From an uncultured virus (IMG/VR IMGVR_UViG_3300030098_006717) (taxonomy: Duplodnaviria > Heunggongvirae > Uroviricota > Caudoviricetes): a DNA stretch of 64,000 nt. The DNA lies in the IMG/VR virus record IMGVR_UViG_3300030098_006717, one strand, 5' to 3'. Below, one piece after another: positions 1-8,574 of the stretch. A program made the translations under genes and the position numbers. Every line of letters begins with the position of its first letter. Positions within the stretch are counted from its first letter, which is position 1. The notes below the pieces were generated by a model that saw nothing but the letters and a program-made list of their open reading frames with translations, did no database searches and was not told the DNA's origin.

Positions 1-43
1 TATTATTAATTTAATAAATACTTCAAAAACTTTACAATTTTTT

Positions 44-83
44 AAAAAAACACTTGACTCATATCATCCAAGTGCCGTATCTT
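44..83 (+). promoter_or_regulatory. sigma70-type (early) promoter with A-tract
   Basis: A-tract, TTGACT (54-59), 18-nt spacer, TATCTT (78-83). Shares AAGTGCCGTA with the promoter at 1265-1294. Confidence 0.7.
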
Positions 84-115
84 ATGATAACTTAAAAATA
101 AAAAAAGGAATAAAT

Positions 116-292
116 ATGAATTTAAGATTAGTTGGATTAACATTGGGTGTATTTTTATTTACCTGTATATGGACATATTCAAGAGTTTTTTCTATAAGTG
201 ATTATTATACTATCATGACTTGTTTTATTGTCTTTGGGGGTACAATGTGGACTTTAGGAAGACATTTAGAGAGAATAGATGAAAATAATTAG
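116..292 (+). CDS. small membrane protein (58 aa, not in ORF track)
   Basis: Manual translation MNLRLVGLTLGVFLFTCIWT...RHLERIDENN. AAGGA SD upstream, two hydrophobic stretches, overlaps start of next gene. Confidence 0.6.
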   Translation: MNLRLVGLTLGVFLFTCIWTYSRVFSISDYYTIMTCFIVFGGTMWTLGRHLERIDENN

Positions 293-749
293 TATATTAT
301 TTCTATTATTTATTAGTTGTGATGATAATGTATATGAACCAACTTTTCTAGATGAAAGTTATTTATATGATACTGATTGGTCAAGTGATGATGAAAATTG
401 CAACTATATGATAGAAATAACATCATATCTACCCCAAGATGGTAGTGGATACTATGTAATGGATTTTTTAAGTGAATACAATCAAACTTTCACTACATTA
501 ACTGTTGAAACTGAATCTTATGAATATAATCAAAAAGTTTCTTGGTTATCTAATAAAGAAATAGAAATTAATGGTTGGTGGATAAATTTAGTTAATGGTG
601 ATTCATACACTGATGAAATTGGAGAAGCTCATACTGTACTTGGTGTATGGGAAGAGTTTGTAGGTGATACTGTAACAGTTTATGGTGGTTATACTGATGA
701 ATGTAATATTCATCACTATGATTCACTTATGGTAATAATTAAAGAATAA
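279..749 (+). CDS. predicted lipoprotein, unknown function
   Basis: MKIISILFLLFISC: short hydrophobic leader ending in a lipobox-like Cys, followed by an acidic beta-rich domain. Confidence 0.7.
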   Translation: MKIISILFLLFISCDDNVYEPTFLDESYLYDTDWSSDDENCNYMIEITSYLPQDGSGYYVMDFLSEYNQTFTTLTVETESYEYNQKVSWLSNKEIEINGWWINLVNGDSYTDEIGEAHTVLGVWEEFVGDTVTVYGGYTDECNIHHYDSLMVIIKE

Positions 750-759
750 AGGATAATAA

Positions 760-912
760 ATGAATACATACGAAATAAAGTTGTACAATAATAATGATAT
801 GCCACAATCTATTTATTATATAGAAAGAAATAATATAATAGAAGTAGGTAAACATATCAAAACAATGAAATCTATCAATCCGGAGTTTAGACTTGAGTAT
901 AAGAAGGTTTAA
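760..912 (+). CDS. hypothetical protein (50 aa, not in ORF track)
   Basis: Manual translation MNTYEIKLYNNND...FRLEYKKV. AAGGA SD upstream; fills the gap between genes. Confidence 0.55.
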   Translation: MNTYEIKLYNNNDMPQSIYYIERNNIIEVGKHIKTMKSINPEFRLEYKKV

Positions 913-1255
913 AAAAGGAAATAGATGGAAATCTTTAACAAGTAAAGGTAGATATTATAAGTGGAGAAAGTCTGTATTTGAATTGAATAGGAGAAAATAT
1001 GGACTTTCTAAATATTATATATGTGTTAAATGTAATAAAAAAAGGAAAACCACTAAAGTATTACATGCTCATCACATATATTCTTGGGATAGATTTCCTG
1101 ATAAAAGATATACTATAAAAAATGGTGTAGTATTATGTAAATATTGTCATGATAAGTTTCATAGGAAATATAAATTTGAAGCTTTGGATAAACCTGAATT
1201 ATTATTGGAATATTTAGATAATAACACGGATGTAAAAAAATATATAAAAAAATAA
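893..1255 (+). CDS. HNH endonuclease
   Basis: CxxC...HAHH...NGVVLCKYCH...H, the Zn-binding HNH pattern. TTG start with GGAG upstream. Confidence 0.85.
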   Translation: MSIRRFKKGNRWKSLTSKGRYYKWRKSVFELNRRKYGLSKYYICVKCNKKRKTTKVLHAHHIYSWDRFPDKRYTIKNGVVLCKYCHDKFHRKYKFEALDKPELLLEYLDNNTDVKKYIKK

Positions 1256-1294
1256 AAAAAAAGCTTGACACATATAGGTTAAGTGCCGTAAATT
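1254..1294 (+). promoter_or_regulatory. sigma70-type (early) promoter with A-tract
   Basis: AAAAAAAAAGC-TTGACA (1265-1270), 18 nt, TAAATT (1289-1294). Confidence 0.75.
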
Positions 1295-1320
1295 ATAGTA
1301 TAAATGAAAGGGATATAATT

Positions 1321-3486
1321 ATGAGTTTTAATTCAAGAGATTTTAAAGGTTTTACATTTAGAAGTGGTCCTGTTAAGAGGGATACTAAATCTTATTCATC
1401 ATTTTGGGATACTTCAAATGATGATGTTGATATAGATTCTTTTTTGGGTATTGATGAGGGTAAACCTAAAGGTAAAGATTTAGTTGCATTAGCTGGTTAT
1501 AAAAGAGCTATCGGTAATTTTGTTAGTATTGTTACTGGACAAAATATACCTGTTGTGTTTAATTCTAAAGATGAGAGTTATACTGATGGTAAGAAAGTTG
1601 TTATCGGTGCTAACATTGATGATAAGAAATTTGATGTAGCTGTTGGACTTGCTCTTCACGAGGGTTCTCACATTAAACTTTCTGATTTCAATCTACTTAA
1701 AAATTTAGATGTTTCAATTCCTCAAGAAATATATGTATTGGGAGAAGAAAAAGGTATAGATAGGAATACTGTTACTAATACTATTAAATCTATTCTTAAC
1801 TATATTGAAGATAGAAGAATTGACTCTTACATATTTAGAACTTCCCCTGGATATAAGGGTTATTATCACTCTATGTATGATAAGTATTTTTACTCAAAGA
1901 ATGTAGATAAAGGTTTATTATCTTCAGAGTTTAGAACAGAAGAGATTGATTCTTATATGTTTAGAATTATTAACCTTCATAACAAGAATAGACAATTAGG
2001 TGCTCTTAAAGGTTTAAAAGAAATTACATCTATTATTGATTTAAAATCTATAATGAGAGGTTTCGGACCATCTGATAGTAACCAATGTTTTGAAGTTTCT
2101 TGTGATGTTATGAGAGTAATTCTTTTTAATATAGATGCTATTAAAGTTGAAGATACTCAAGATGATCAATCACAACCACAAGACGGTAGTGGTTCTTCTT
2201 CCGATAATACTTTATCAGATGAAGAGTTTGAGAATATGTTAGATGCTATTGAAAACAATACACCAATAGAATCAGGTTCTGGTGGTGGAAAATCTATATC
2301 AGTTGAACTACCATCAGCTCCATTGACAACTCCTGAAGAAAATCTTTCAAATGATGATGGTTCTGAATCAGTTGAGTTATCAGATAGACAAAAAGATTTA
2401 TTAAGAAAAGCTTTTAAGAAACAAGAAAAGTTTCTTGATGGTGATGTTCAAAAAACTTTACTTTCTAAAAAAGATAATAGTGATATGAAATCATTAGAAG
2501 AATCAGGAGCAACTTATGAGAATGTAGGTGATGGTATTGAATCTGGTAATTGGAAAGACTATGGTAATCCTGGTAAAGGAACTAAATGTTTGGTTGTTAG
2601 AAAACTAACTCAATCGGTTATAGATTCTGATCAATTTGCTTGTGCTACTTCTTATAATCAAAAAAGATATAATGAGAAAGATAGTTACTATGGTAGAGGT
2701 TATACTTTTGTTGAAGAAGGTTTAAGATTAGGTTCTGTTCTTGGTAGAAAACTTCAAGTTAGAGGTGAAGAATCTTCTTTGAAATATACAAGACAAAATA
2801 GTGGTAAAATTGATAAGAGATTGATTTCTGAATTAGGTTTTGGAAACTCTGATATATTTAGTCATACAATTACTGAAAGATACAATAAAGCTTACTTACA
2901 CATTTCAGTTGACGCTTCTGGTTCTATGTGTGGTGACAAATGGAACAAAGCGATGACATCAGCAGTAGCGATGATTAAAGCATCTGATATGGCTGGTAAC
3001 ATTGATGTGGTTGTTTCAATCAGAACTACTCATTCTTCTAGTAGAGGTGGTTCAGATGTTCCTTTTATTATGGTTTGTTATGATTCAAGAGTTGACAAGT
3101 TACAAAAAGTAAAAAGTTTGTTTGGGGCTCTTGATGTTAGTGGAACTACACCAGAAGGTTTATGTTTTGAAGCAATTCAAAAAGATTTGATTCCTGGTAA
3201 CTCTAATCAAGATAGTTATTTCATCAACTTTTCAGATGGACAACCTTATTATGGTAATAAAGACATTTATTATAGTGGTGCAATTGCTGAAAAACATACT
3301 AAAAAAATGGTTGGTAATATGAAAGCTATGGGAATTAGTGTATTGAGTTATTTCATCGGTGGTAGTTATGATAGAGATGATATGCCAGCTTTCACAAATA
3401 TGTATGGTAAAGATGCTGAATTTATCAACGCTACTAATATGATGCAAGTAGCTAAAACAATGAACAAAAAATTCTTGGAGAAATAA
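1321..3486 (+). CDS. vWA-domain protein with N-terminal HExxH metallopeptidase-like domain (CobT/VWA-like, typical MoxR partner)
   Basis: ALHEGSH and IEDRRI motifs, acidic linker, C-terminal MIDAS DASGS...T...SDG. Confidence 0.8.
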   Translation: MSFNSRDFKGFTFRSGPVKRDTKSYSSFWDTSNDDVDIDSFLGIDEGKPKGKDLVALAGYKRAIGNFVSIVTGQNIPVVFNSKDESYTDGKKVVIGANIDDKKFDVAVGLALHEGSHIKLSDFNLLKNLDVSIPQEIYVLGEEKGIDRNTVTNTIKSILNYIEDRRIDSYIFRTSPGYKGYYHSMYDKYFYSKNVDKGLLSSEFRTEEIDSYMFRIINLHNKNRQLGALKGLKEITSIIDLKSIMRGFGPSDSNQCFEVSCDVMRVILFNIDAIKVEDTQDDQSQPQDGSGSSSDNTLSDEEFENMLDAIENNTPIESGSGGGKSISVELPSAPLTTPEENLSNDDGSESVELSDRQKDLLRKAFKKQEKFLDGDVQKTLLSKKDNSDMKSLEESGATYENVGDGIESGNWKDYGNPGKGTKCLVVRKLTQSVIDSDQFACATSYNQKRYNEKDSYYGRGYTFVEEGLRLGSVLGRKLQVRGEESSLKYTRQNSGKIDKRLISELGFGNSDIFSHTITERYNKAYLHISVDASGSMCGDKWNKAMTSAVAMIKASDMAGNIDVVVSIRTTHSSSRGGSDVPFIMVCYDSRVDKLQKVKSLFGALDVSGTTPEGLCFEAIQKDLIPGNSNQDSYFINFSDGQPYYGNKDIYYSGAIAEKHTKKMVGNMKAMGISVLSYFIGGSYDRDDMPAFTNMYGKDAEFINATNMMQVAKTMNKKFLEK

Positions 3487-3487
3487 T

Positions 3488-3628
3488 ATGGAAAATTATA
3501 TACTATCGATATTATTAATACCTATAGTTTGGTATACATTAATAATCAGTTATCAGTTAATTAAATTATTTAAGTTATGGATAAATTATAAATTACAAAA
3601 TATAAAGGAGTTAAGAATATGGGATTAA
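3488..3628 (+). CDS. small membrane protein (46 aa, not in ORF track)
   Basis: Manual translation MENYILSILLIPIVWYTLII...; GGAG upstream; fills the gap. Confidence 0.45.
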   Translation: MENYILSILLIPIVWYTLIISYQLIKLFKLWINYKLQNIKELRIWD

Positions 3629-3831
3629 TTGGAGAAATTCAAAAAAATCAAAAAGAAAAAATATTAGTATCTACTAATGAATATAAAGGTCATAAATTTG
3701 TTGACTTGAGAGTTCATTATGAGGATGAAATAAGTGGTGAGTATAAACCTACTAAAAAAGGTATTTCCTTATCATCTAAAGTTATTCCAGAGATTATTGA
3801 ATTGTTATCATCTGGTTTAGAACAAATATAG
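3619..3831 (+). CDS. PC4/YdbC-like ssDNA-binding protein
   Basis: EYKGHKFVDLRVHY...YKPTKKGISL, the characteristic PC4 signature. AAGGAG SD. Confidence 0.85.
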   Translation: MGLIGEIQKNQKEKILVSTNEYKGHKFVDLRVHYEDEISGEYKPTKKGISLSSKVIPEIIELLSSGLEQI

Positions 3832-3852
3832 TATTTTGATGAAGTTTCGTGA

Positions 3853-3860
3853 TATTTATA
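3853..3860 (+). promoter_or_regulatory. TATTTATA candidate late promoter
   Basis: Same octamer found upstream of several other genes. Precedes ATGs at 3884 and 3917. Confidence 0.45.
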
Positions 3861-3883
3861 ATAGAAGGCGGGAGTTAGAAAAA

Positions 3884-4429
3884 ATGAAAAACAAACGTAA
3901 TAGGCGAGATAGAGAAATGAAATTTAGAATATTGGACGAATCTACTGTTAAATATTTAATAGATTTTTTAGATGATATACAACTACAGGCCGCTGAAGTG
4001 GATGATAGAGTACTTCTCAAATTTTGTCAAGATATGATAAGTCAATTAATAAATGCAGATGAAGTATTTGATAATGATGAGAACATAAAAAGATATAAGT
4101 TTAAAGATGATTCTTTTTCAGAAGATTATTTATTTAAAATATATGACTATCTAACACAGATAAAAAACTATACAGATTCTCCACAGGATTCTGGTAGGAA
4201 GAAAAGAAAAAAACAAAAAAAAGAAGATAAGAAAGTTAATGTAGTTAATATTGATTCATCAATGTCTTTAAAAGAAATAGAACAATTCTTAATTGAAGAT
4301 GATAGTCTTTCAAATTATGAAAAGTTTGAATTATATTATGATGAAAGAGAAAGAATTAAACCTAAAGAAAAAGGTTTAACATATAATCAACTATTAAAAC
4401 AGTCAGGTATCAAACCACCAAAAAAATAA
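3884..4429 (+). CDS. hypothetical protein (start uncertain: 3836, 3884 or 3917)
   Basis: Long ORF; GGGAG SD precedes ATG 3884. Confidence 0.65.
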   Translation: MKNKRNRRDREMKFRILDESTVKYLIDFLDDIQLQAAEVDDRVLLKFCQDMISQLINADEVFDNDENIKRYKFKDDSFSEDYLFKIYDYLTQIKNYTDSPQDSGRKKRKKQKKEDKKVNVVNIDSSMSLKEIEQFLIEDDSLSNYEKFELYYDERERIKPKEKGLTYNQLLKQSGIKPPKK

Positions 4430-4442
4430 AAAAGGTTTATAT

Positions 4443-5006
4443 ATGAGAATAGGAATAGATTGTGATGGAGTATTGAGAGATTTTATCCCTGATTTAATTT
4501 CCAGTATAAAAGAAACTCATCCTCAACATTCAGATAAAATTCTTGTCCCAAAATCTTGGGATTGGGAAACTTGGTTACCTTTCTGGACAGAAGAAGAAAC
4601 AGAGAAATATGTTTTTGAAGATAACTATTTAGATTTCTTTGGAGTTGTAGCTAATCCAATTCAATCTTCTGTAGATGATTGGATAAAACTAAAAAGATGG
4701 GCAGAAGATAATGATCATGAATTAGTATTAGTATCAGCTCAAAGAGAACATTGTATAGAACCAACAGATGATTGGTTAAAAGAACACGGATTTGATTTTC
4801 AAGAAAAACATTATACTAAACACAAATGGGCAGTTGATGTTGATGTATTAATAGATGATTCCCCAGAAAAATTAAATGATTTTAATAATAAAAGTGTAAA
4901 TAATGGACGTCCAATATGTTACAAACAAACTTGGAATACAAAATGTCATAAAGAATATATGTGTATTGACAAATTGTCAGACATTATCGGTAAATTATTC
5001 GGATAA
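4443..5006 (+). CDS. 5'(3')-deoxyribonucleotidase (HAD superfamily, NT5C-like)
   Basis: IGIDCDGVLRD (DxDGV motif I) and VLIDDSP (motif IV). Confidence 0.85.
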   Translation: MRIGIDCDGVLRDFIPDLISSIKETHPQHSDKILVPKSWDWETWLPFWTEEETEKYVFEDNYLDFFGVVANPIQSSVDDWIKLKRWAEDNDHELVLVSAQREHCIEPTDDWLKEHGFDFQEKHYTKHKWAVDVDVLIDDSPEKLNDFNNKSVNNGRPICYKQTWNTKCHKEYMCIDKLSDIIGKLFG

Positions 5007-5028
5007 TTAGTTTGGCATAATTATTGTA
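4967..5028 (+). promoter_or_regulatory. palindrome TGACA-N3-TGTCA plus sigma54-like -24/-12 element upstream of hsp20
   Basis: TGACAAATTGTCA at 4967-4979; TTGGCATAATTATTGTA at 5012-5028 (GG-N10-GT, near the GG-N10-GC consensus). Confidence 0.45.
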
Positions 5029-5112
5029 CTATATATAGTATATGAATTATTGCTCAATGAGGATAATTCAAATAATTAGACAATAATGTTAATTAAACAT
5101 AGGAGAAATAAA

Positions 5113-5577
5113 ATGACTAGAGTATTTAAAGTAAACCCAAAACATCTCAACCGAGATGAATTTTTAACACCATTCGATAAAGTATTCGATGAACTGATGA
5201 GTAAAACATTCCCAACATTTCAAGAAGATGTTGGTGTATCTTTTAATCAAGGTGCTTATCCAAAAGTAAATATCTATGAACATGATGACAAGATCAGTAT
5301 ATTAGCGGAGATTCCTGGATTAGATAAAAAAAATGTATCTGTTGATGTAGAAGAACAGGTTCTTACAATAAAGGGTGACAAGCACGGTTTAAGTTTTGGT
5401 GATGGTAAATGTATCACACGAGAATTAAAACAATCAGCTTTCACAAGATCTTTCAATCTTGGAGAATATCTAGATGGTACTAAAGTATCAGCTGAATTTA
5501 AAGATGGTATATTAACAGTATCTATTCCCAAGAAAGAACCAGAACAACCTAAAAAACATTCTGTTAAGATTTCTTAA
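5113..5577 (+). CDS. hsp20: small heat-shock protein (Hsp20/alpha-crystallin)
   Basis: YPKVNIYE...AEIPG...FTRSFNL...AEFKDGILTVSIPK. AGGAG SD before ATG 5113. Confidence 0.93.
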   Translation: MTRVFKVNPKHLNRDEFLTPFDKVFDELMSKTFPTFQEDVGVSFNQGAYPKVNIYEHDDKISILAEIPGLDKKNVSVDVEEQVLTIKGDKHGLSFGDGKCITRELKQSAFTRSFNLGEYLDGTKVSAEFKDGILTVSIPKKEPEQPKKHSVKIS

Positions 5578-5759
5578 TGTTTGAGAAATTAGAATTTCAA
5601 GGTAAACTCTGGAGAGTAATTGATAAGGTAGAGGGTCATCGTCTTGATGATCCATCTACACTTAAAGAAAATTATGGTGCTGATTTGGTTATAAGAAATT
5701 CTCAAAATGTATATTTCATACTTGATGAAATAATAGATGCGGAATTTGAAGAAATATAA
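5577..5759 (+). CDS. hypothetical protein
   Basis: TAATG overlap with hsp20 indicates translational coupling. Confidence 0.65.
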   Translation: MFEKLEFQGKLWRVIDKVEGHRLDDPSTLKENYGADLVIRNSQNVYFILDEIIDAEFEEI

Positions 5760-5803
5760 ATAAAGGTTATATAAGTCTCACTAATAATGTAGTCTCCATC
5801 ACA

Positions 5804-5831
5804 AAAAGGTTTCGGTTTTCCGAAACCTTTT
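5804..5831 (+). terminator. intrinsic terminator-like hairpin
   Basis: AAAAGGTTTCGG-TTTT-CCGAAACCTTTT, perfect 12-bp stem after the hsp20 operon. Confidence 0.8.
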
Positions 5832-5852
5832 GTGTTTCAGTAATATCCGTAC

Positions 5853-5860
5853 TATTTATA
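5853..5860 (+). promoter_or_regulatory. TATTTATA candidate late promoter
   Basis: Intergenic, directly after the terminator and ahead of a structured leader. Confidence 0.55.
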
Positions 5861-5864
5861 TATA

Positions 5865-5940
5865 GAGAATGGGATAAACCCGAATCAGAGCGGAGTGATG
5901 TGAGGGAATCCCGCTACCTTACATCACAAAACTCTGATAA
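5865..5940 (+). ncRNA. candidate structured RNA / 5' leader
   Basis: Outer stem ATCAGAG/CTCTGAT and inner stem GTGATGTGAGG/CCTTACATCAC. Loop GAATCCCGCTA can pair with upstream GGGAT or AGCGG (possible pseudoknot). GC-rich relative to flanks. Confidence 0.5.
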
Positions 5941-5974
5941 AATTTATTTTAACAATATTTATAGGAGAGATGCG

Positions 5975-6331
5975 ATGAAGAAGTTATTTACAATCTTGGT
6001 TATGTTAATTGGTTTCAGTTACTCACAAGAATGTGAAGAACCAACAAATGTCTGGTTCAAACTCTCCAATGATACATCAAGTAAAGATTATGGTGAAGTA
6101 ATGGCTATTGATATGAGTAGAGGGTATGCTACTACTGATGGTTATTTTATTTACCTATTAGTTTATTTAAAAGATTCGGATGAAGGAGTTATCATCTCAT
6201 TTCCAATTGGTAATTGGGAAGTTGATGATAAGATAGAAAAAGAATTTAAAGATTTAGAAGATTACCTTAAACAGAATAAAGGTAAAGGAATAAAAATACA
6301 AAAACAATACAACAATAAAGTGGGAGATTAA
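5975..6331 (+). CDS. secreted hypothetical protein
   Basis: MKKLFTILVMLIGFSYS signal peptide. AGGAG SD before ATG 5975; the track start 5900 lies inside the RNA structure. Confidence 0.7.
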   Translation: MKKLFTILVMLIGFSYSQECEEPTNVWFKLSNDTSSKDYGEVMAIDMSRGYATTDGYFIYLLVYLKDSDEGVIISFPIGNWEVDDKIEKEFKDLEDYLKQNKGKGIKIQKQYNNKVGD

Positions 6332-6333
6332 TT

Positions 6334-7164
6334 ATGGCAAAAGCGAGTAAGGAAATAATACAAAAACACGAACAAATGTTTTATCCTACAGTTAGGGTAA
6401 GAACAAAAAAGGCTGGGGGTTCAGGTACAGTAGTTTATTCAAAAGAATATAATGGTGAAGTTTATACATATGTTATAACTAATCATCATGTTATTTCTGA
6501 TAGTGTAAACATCGAGAAAAAATGGGATCCTGTTTTAAAAAGAAAAACAGATAAAGAAAAATTAGATACGGTATATGTTGAATTTTTTAGATATAATAAC
6601 TACTCACATACTGTGGGTTCTTTTGCCGTTGAAGCTGATATAGTAGCTTATTCTGAAGTGGATGGTGGTCAAGATTGGGCACTATTACGAGTCAGGGATA
6701 AAGAAAATACGGCCGACTGGGTAGCGAATGTGTTTCCACTTGATGACATAGATAATGTACATATCTTTGATAAGTCCTATGCAGTAGGAGCTTCACTTGG
6801 ACACCCACCAGTTGCTTCTGAAGGAATGATAACTTATATGGATGATGAAATTGATTCTTATAAATATTGGATGTCATCAGCTCCAACAATCTTTGGTAAT
6901 TCAGGTGGAGCAGTTTATAGATGGTCTGGAACAAGAAAACAATATGAGTATATTGGAATACCATCAAGAATTTCCATACAACCAATGGGATTCTCAGCAG
7001 ATGCTATAACCCATATGGGATATTTTATTCCAATTGAAAGGGTATATAAACTTCTTGAAGAAAATAATTATCAGTTTATTTATGATGATAAAGTTTCAAT
7101 TGATGATTGCAATAAAGCTCGTAATAAAAAACAAAAACCCAAAAAAGAAGATAAAGAAGAATAA
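6334..7164 (+). CDS. trypsin-like serine protease
   Basis: GSG...TNHHV (His), DWALL (Asp), GNSGG (Ser) catalytic triad motifs. Confidence 0.9.
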   Translation: MAKASKEIIQKHEQMFYPTVRVRTKKAGGSGTVVYSKEYNGEVYTYVITNHHVISDSVNIEKKWDPVLKRKTDKEKLDTVYVEFFRYNNYSHTVGSFAVEADIVAYSEVDGGQDWALLRVRDKENTADWVANVFPLDDIDNVHIFDKSYAVGASLGHPPVASEGMITYMDDEIDSYKYWMSSAPTIFGNSGGAVYRWSGTRKQYEYIGIPSRISIQPMGFSADAITHMGYFIPIERVYKLLEENNYQFIYDDKVSIDDCNKARNKKQKPKKEDKEE

Positions 7165-7193
7165 AAAATATAGCGGGGAACGGAGTATGACAA

Positions 7194-7604
7194 ATGTATT
7201 ACTTAATAGTATTAATGGTTTTGTCAATTGGTTTCTCACAAAAGTTTGGTGAGTGGAGATGGGCAGATGATACTGCTGAATTTACAATGGATAAGGAAGC
7301 TCACTTTGTAGGAAGTGCAGGTGCTTATTTCTTCTTTAGACATAAAGACTACACTAAAAAAGAATCTGCACTATATACATTTTATTTGGGATTAGGAAAA
7401 GAATGTATAGATGCAATATTGCCCTGGGAAAAATATGGTAGATGGGGTGGTGATGGATTTTCAAAATATGATTTAGCCTATGATTTGGCTGGAATAGGAG
7501 TCGCATATTTAATAGACAGGTTCTGGAAACCGAAGGAGAAGAATAATGATTTCACAATCAGATTTGATACTGGTGGGGTTGGCTTTTCTTATCGGTTACC
7601 TTAA
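7194..7604 (+). CDS. YfiM-like membrane/exported protein
   Basis: Signal peptide; DKEAHF...GLGKECID...GFSKYDLAYDLAG matches the DKxxHF / KE / GFSxxD pattern of YfiM-like proteins. Confidence 0.65.
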   Translation: MYYLIVLMVLSIGFSQKFGEWRWADDTAEFTMDKEAHFVGSAGAYFFFRHKDYTKKESALYTFYLGLGKECIDAILPWEKYGRWGGDGFSKYDLAYDLAGIGVAYLIDRFWKPKEKNNDFTIRFDTGGVGFSYRLP

Positions 7605-7800
7605 TGATACATTAGGTCCACAACCATATCATTATGGTGATAAAATAGTTATAGTAGATAAAAAATATCAATGTCCAACCTATTGTGATGTACATCACAA
7701 TCATAGTGTTTATTTCAAATCCGACTCAAATCGAATGGTTATTGATGAAAAAAAGCTAGGAAAACGCTATAAAATCAAAAAAAATAAGAAAAAAAAATAA
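7546..7800 (+). CDS. hypothetical protein with N-terminal TM and Cys/His cluster
   Basis: GGAG SD; hydrophobic N-terminus; CPTYCDVHHNH. Confidence 0.6.
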   Translation: MISQSDLILVGLAFLIGYLNDTLGPQPYHYGDKIVIVDKKYQCPTYCDVHHNHSVYFKSDSNRMVIDEKKLGKRYKIKKNKKKK

Positions 7801-7833
7801 AGCTTGACATATATATCGAAAAGTTAGTATATT
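7790..7833 (+). promoter_or_regulatory. sigma70-type (early) promoter
   Basis: A-tract, AAGC-TTGACA (7804-7809), 18 nt, TATATT (7828-7833). Confidence 0.75.
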
Positions 7834-7848
7834 ATAAGGTGATAAAAA

Positions 7849-8307
7849 ATGTCAAGAGAAGAAGATATAAAACAAATTAAAAAGAATGGATTTAAATCAT
7901 TTAAACCAGAAAGACACTCGTATGAAGATGATAATGGTCAAAAATGGATGCAATGTAAATTCTGTTGTGAATATCAAAAAGTAGATGATCCTATTGGTTA
8001 TATAACATGTAGCAAATGTGTTACTATGATAGATATGATTAAATACCCACAATCTTTTCAGACAAAACAATATAAACCAACAGGTAGACCTGCTGGTTGG
8101 CATTGGATGGCAGAGTTTGTAGATAAAGACGGAAATGTTTTTCACAAAGGAAAAGAACAACCTGATTTAAAAGGAACTCTTCCACCAACTAAAATAAAAA
8201 AAAGAAAAAAGAAAAAGAAATTATCAGCCGATGAAAAACTCCAAAGAGATATAAAAAATTGGAATAAAAGAAAAAAGCTGAGAAGAAAACAAAAAAAGAA
8301 AAAATAG
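7849..8307 (+). CDS. Zn-ribbon protein with basic C-terminus
   Basis: CKFC...CSKC; Lys/Arg-rich tail; AAGGTGA SD. Confidence 0.7.
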   Translation: MSREEDIKQIKKNGFKSFKPERHSYEDDNGQKWMQCKFCCEYQKVDDPIGYITCSKCVTMIDMIKYPQSFQTKQYKPTGRPAGWHWMAEFVDKDGNVFHKGKEQPDLKGTLPPTKIKKRKKKKKLSADEKLQRDIKNWNKRKKLRRKQKKKK

Positions 8308-8319
8308 GAGAATTAGGTT

Positions 8320-8574
8320 ATGTTTGATGATTTTATGTATGTATTAGAAAATTATCCAGATGCAAATTTAGCTAGTGAATCTGCTAGAGAAATGATAGCT
8401 ACCGCTTTAGTAAATATAATGTGTGAACATCACATAGTATCTTATACTGACTTGGATGCTGTTAAAAACGATCCCAAAATGACAACTTGGATTAGTTATT
8501 GTAAATCTAAAAAAGATGATAGAGATATTGAAAAAACAAATCAAATGGAAATTCCATTTGAGAGGGGATTGTAA
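8320..8574 (+). CDS. hypothetical protein
   Basis: ORF with AGGAG SD, abuts trx. Confidence 0.65.
   Translation: MFDDFMYVLENYPDANLASESAREMIATALVNIMCEHHIVSYTDLDAVKNDPKMTTWISYCKSKKDDRDIEKTNQMEIPFERGL

Noticed and set aside
893..1255. HNH gene as an intron-encoded homing endonuclease
   Set aside because: No interrupted gene or group I intron structure flanks it; it appears free-standing.
5880..5920. ATCAGAG...GAGGGA resemblance to a SAM-I riboswitch
   Set aside because: It lacks the GCAACC/GGTGC core and four-way junction, and the downstream genes are unrelated to sulfur metabolism. Kept only as an unclassified structured RNA.
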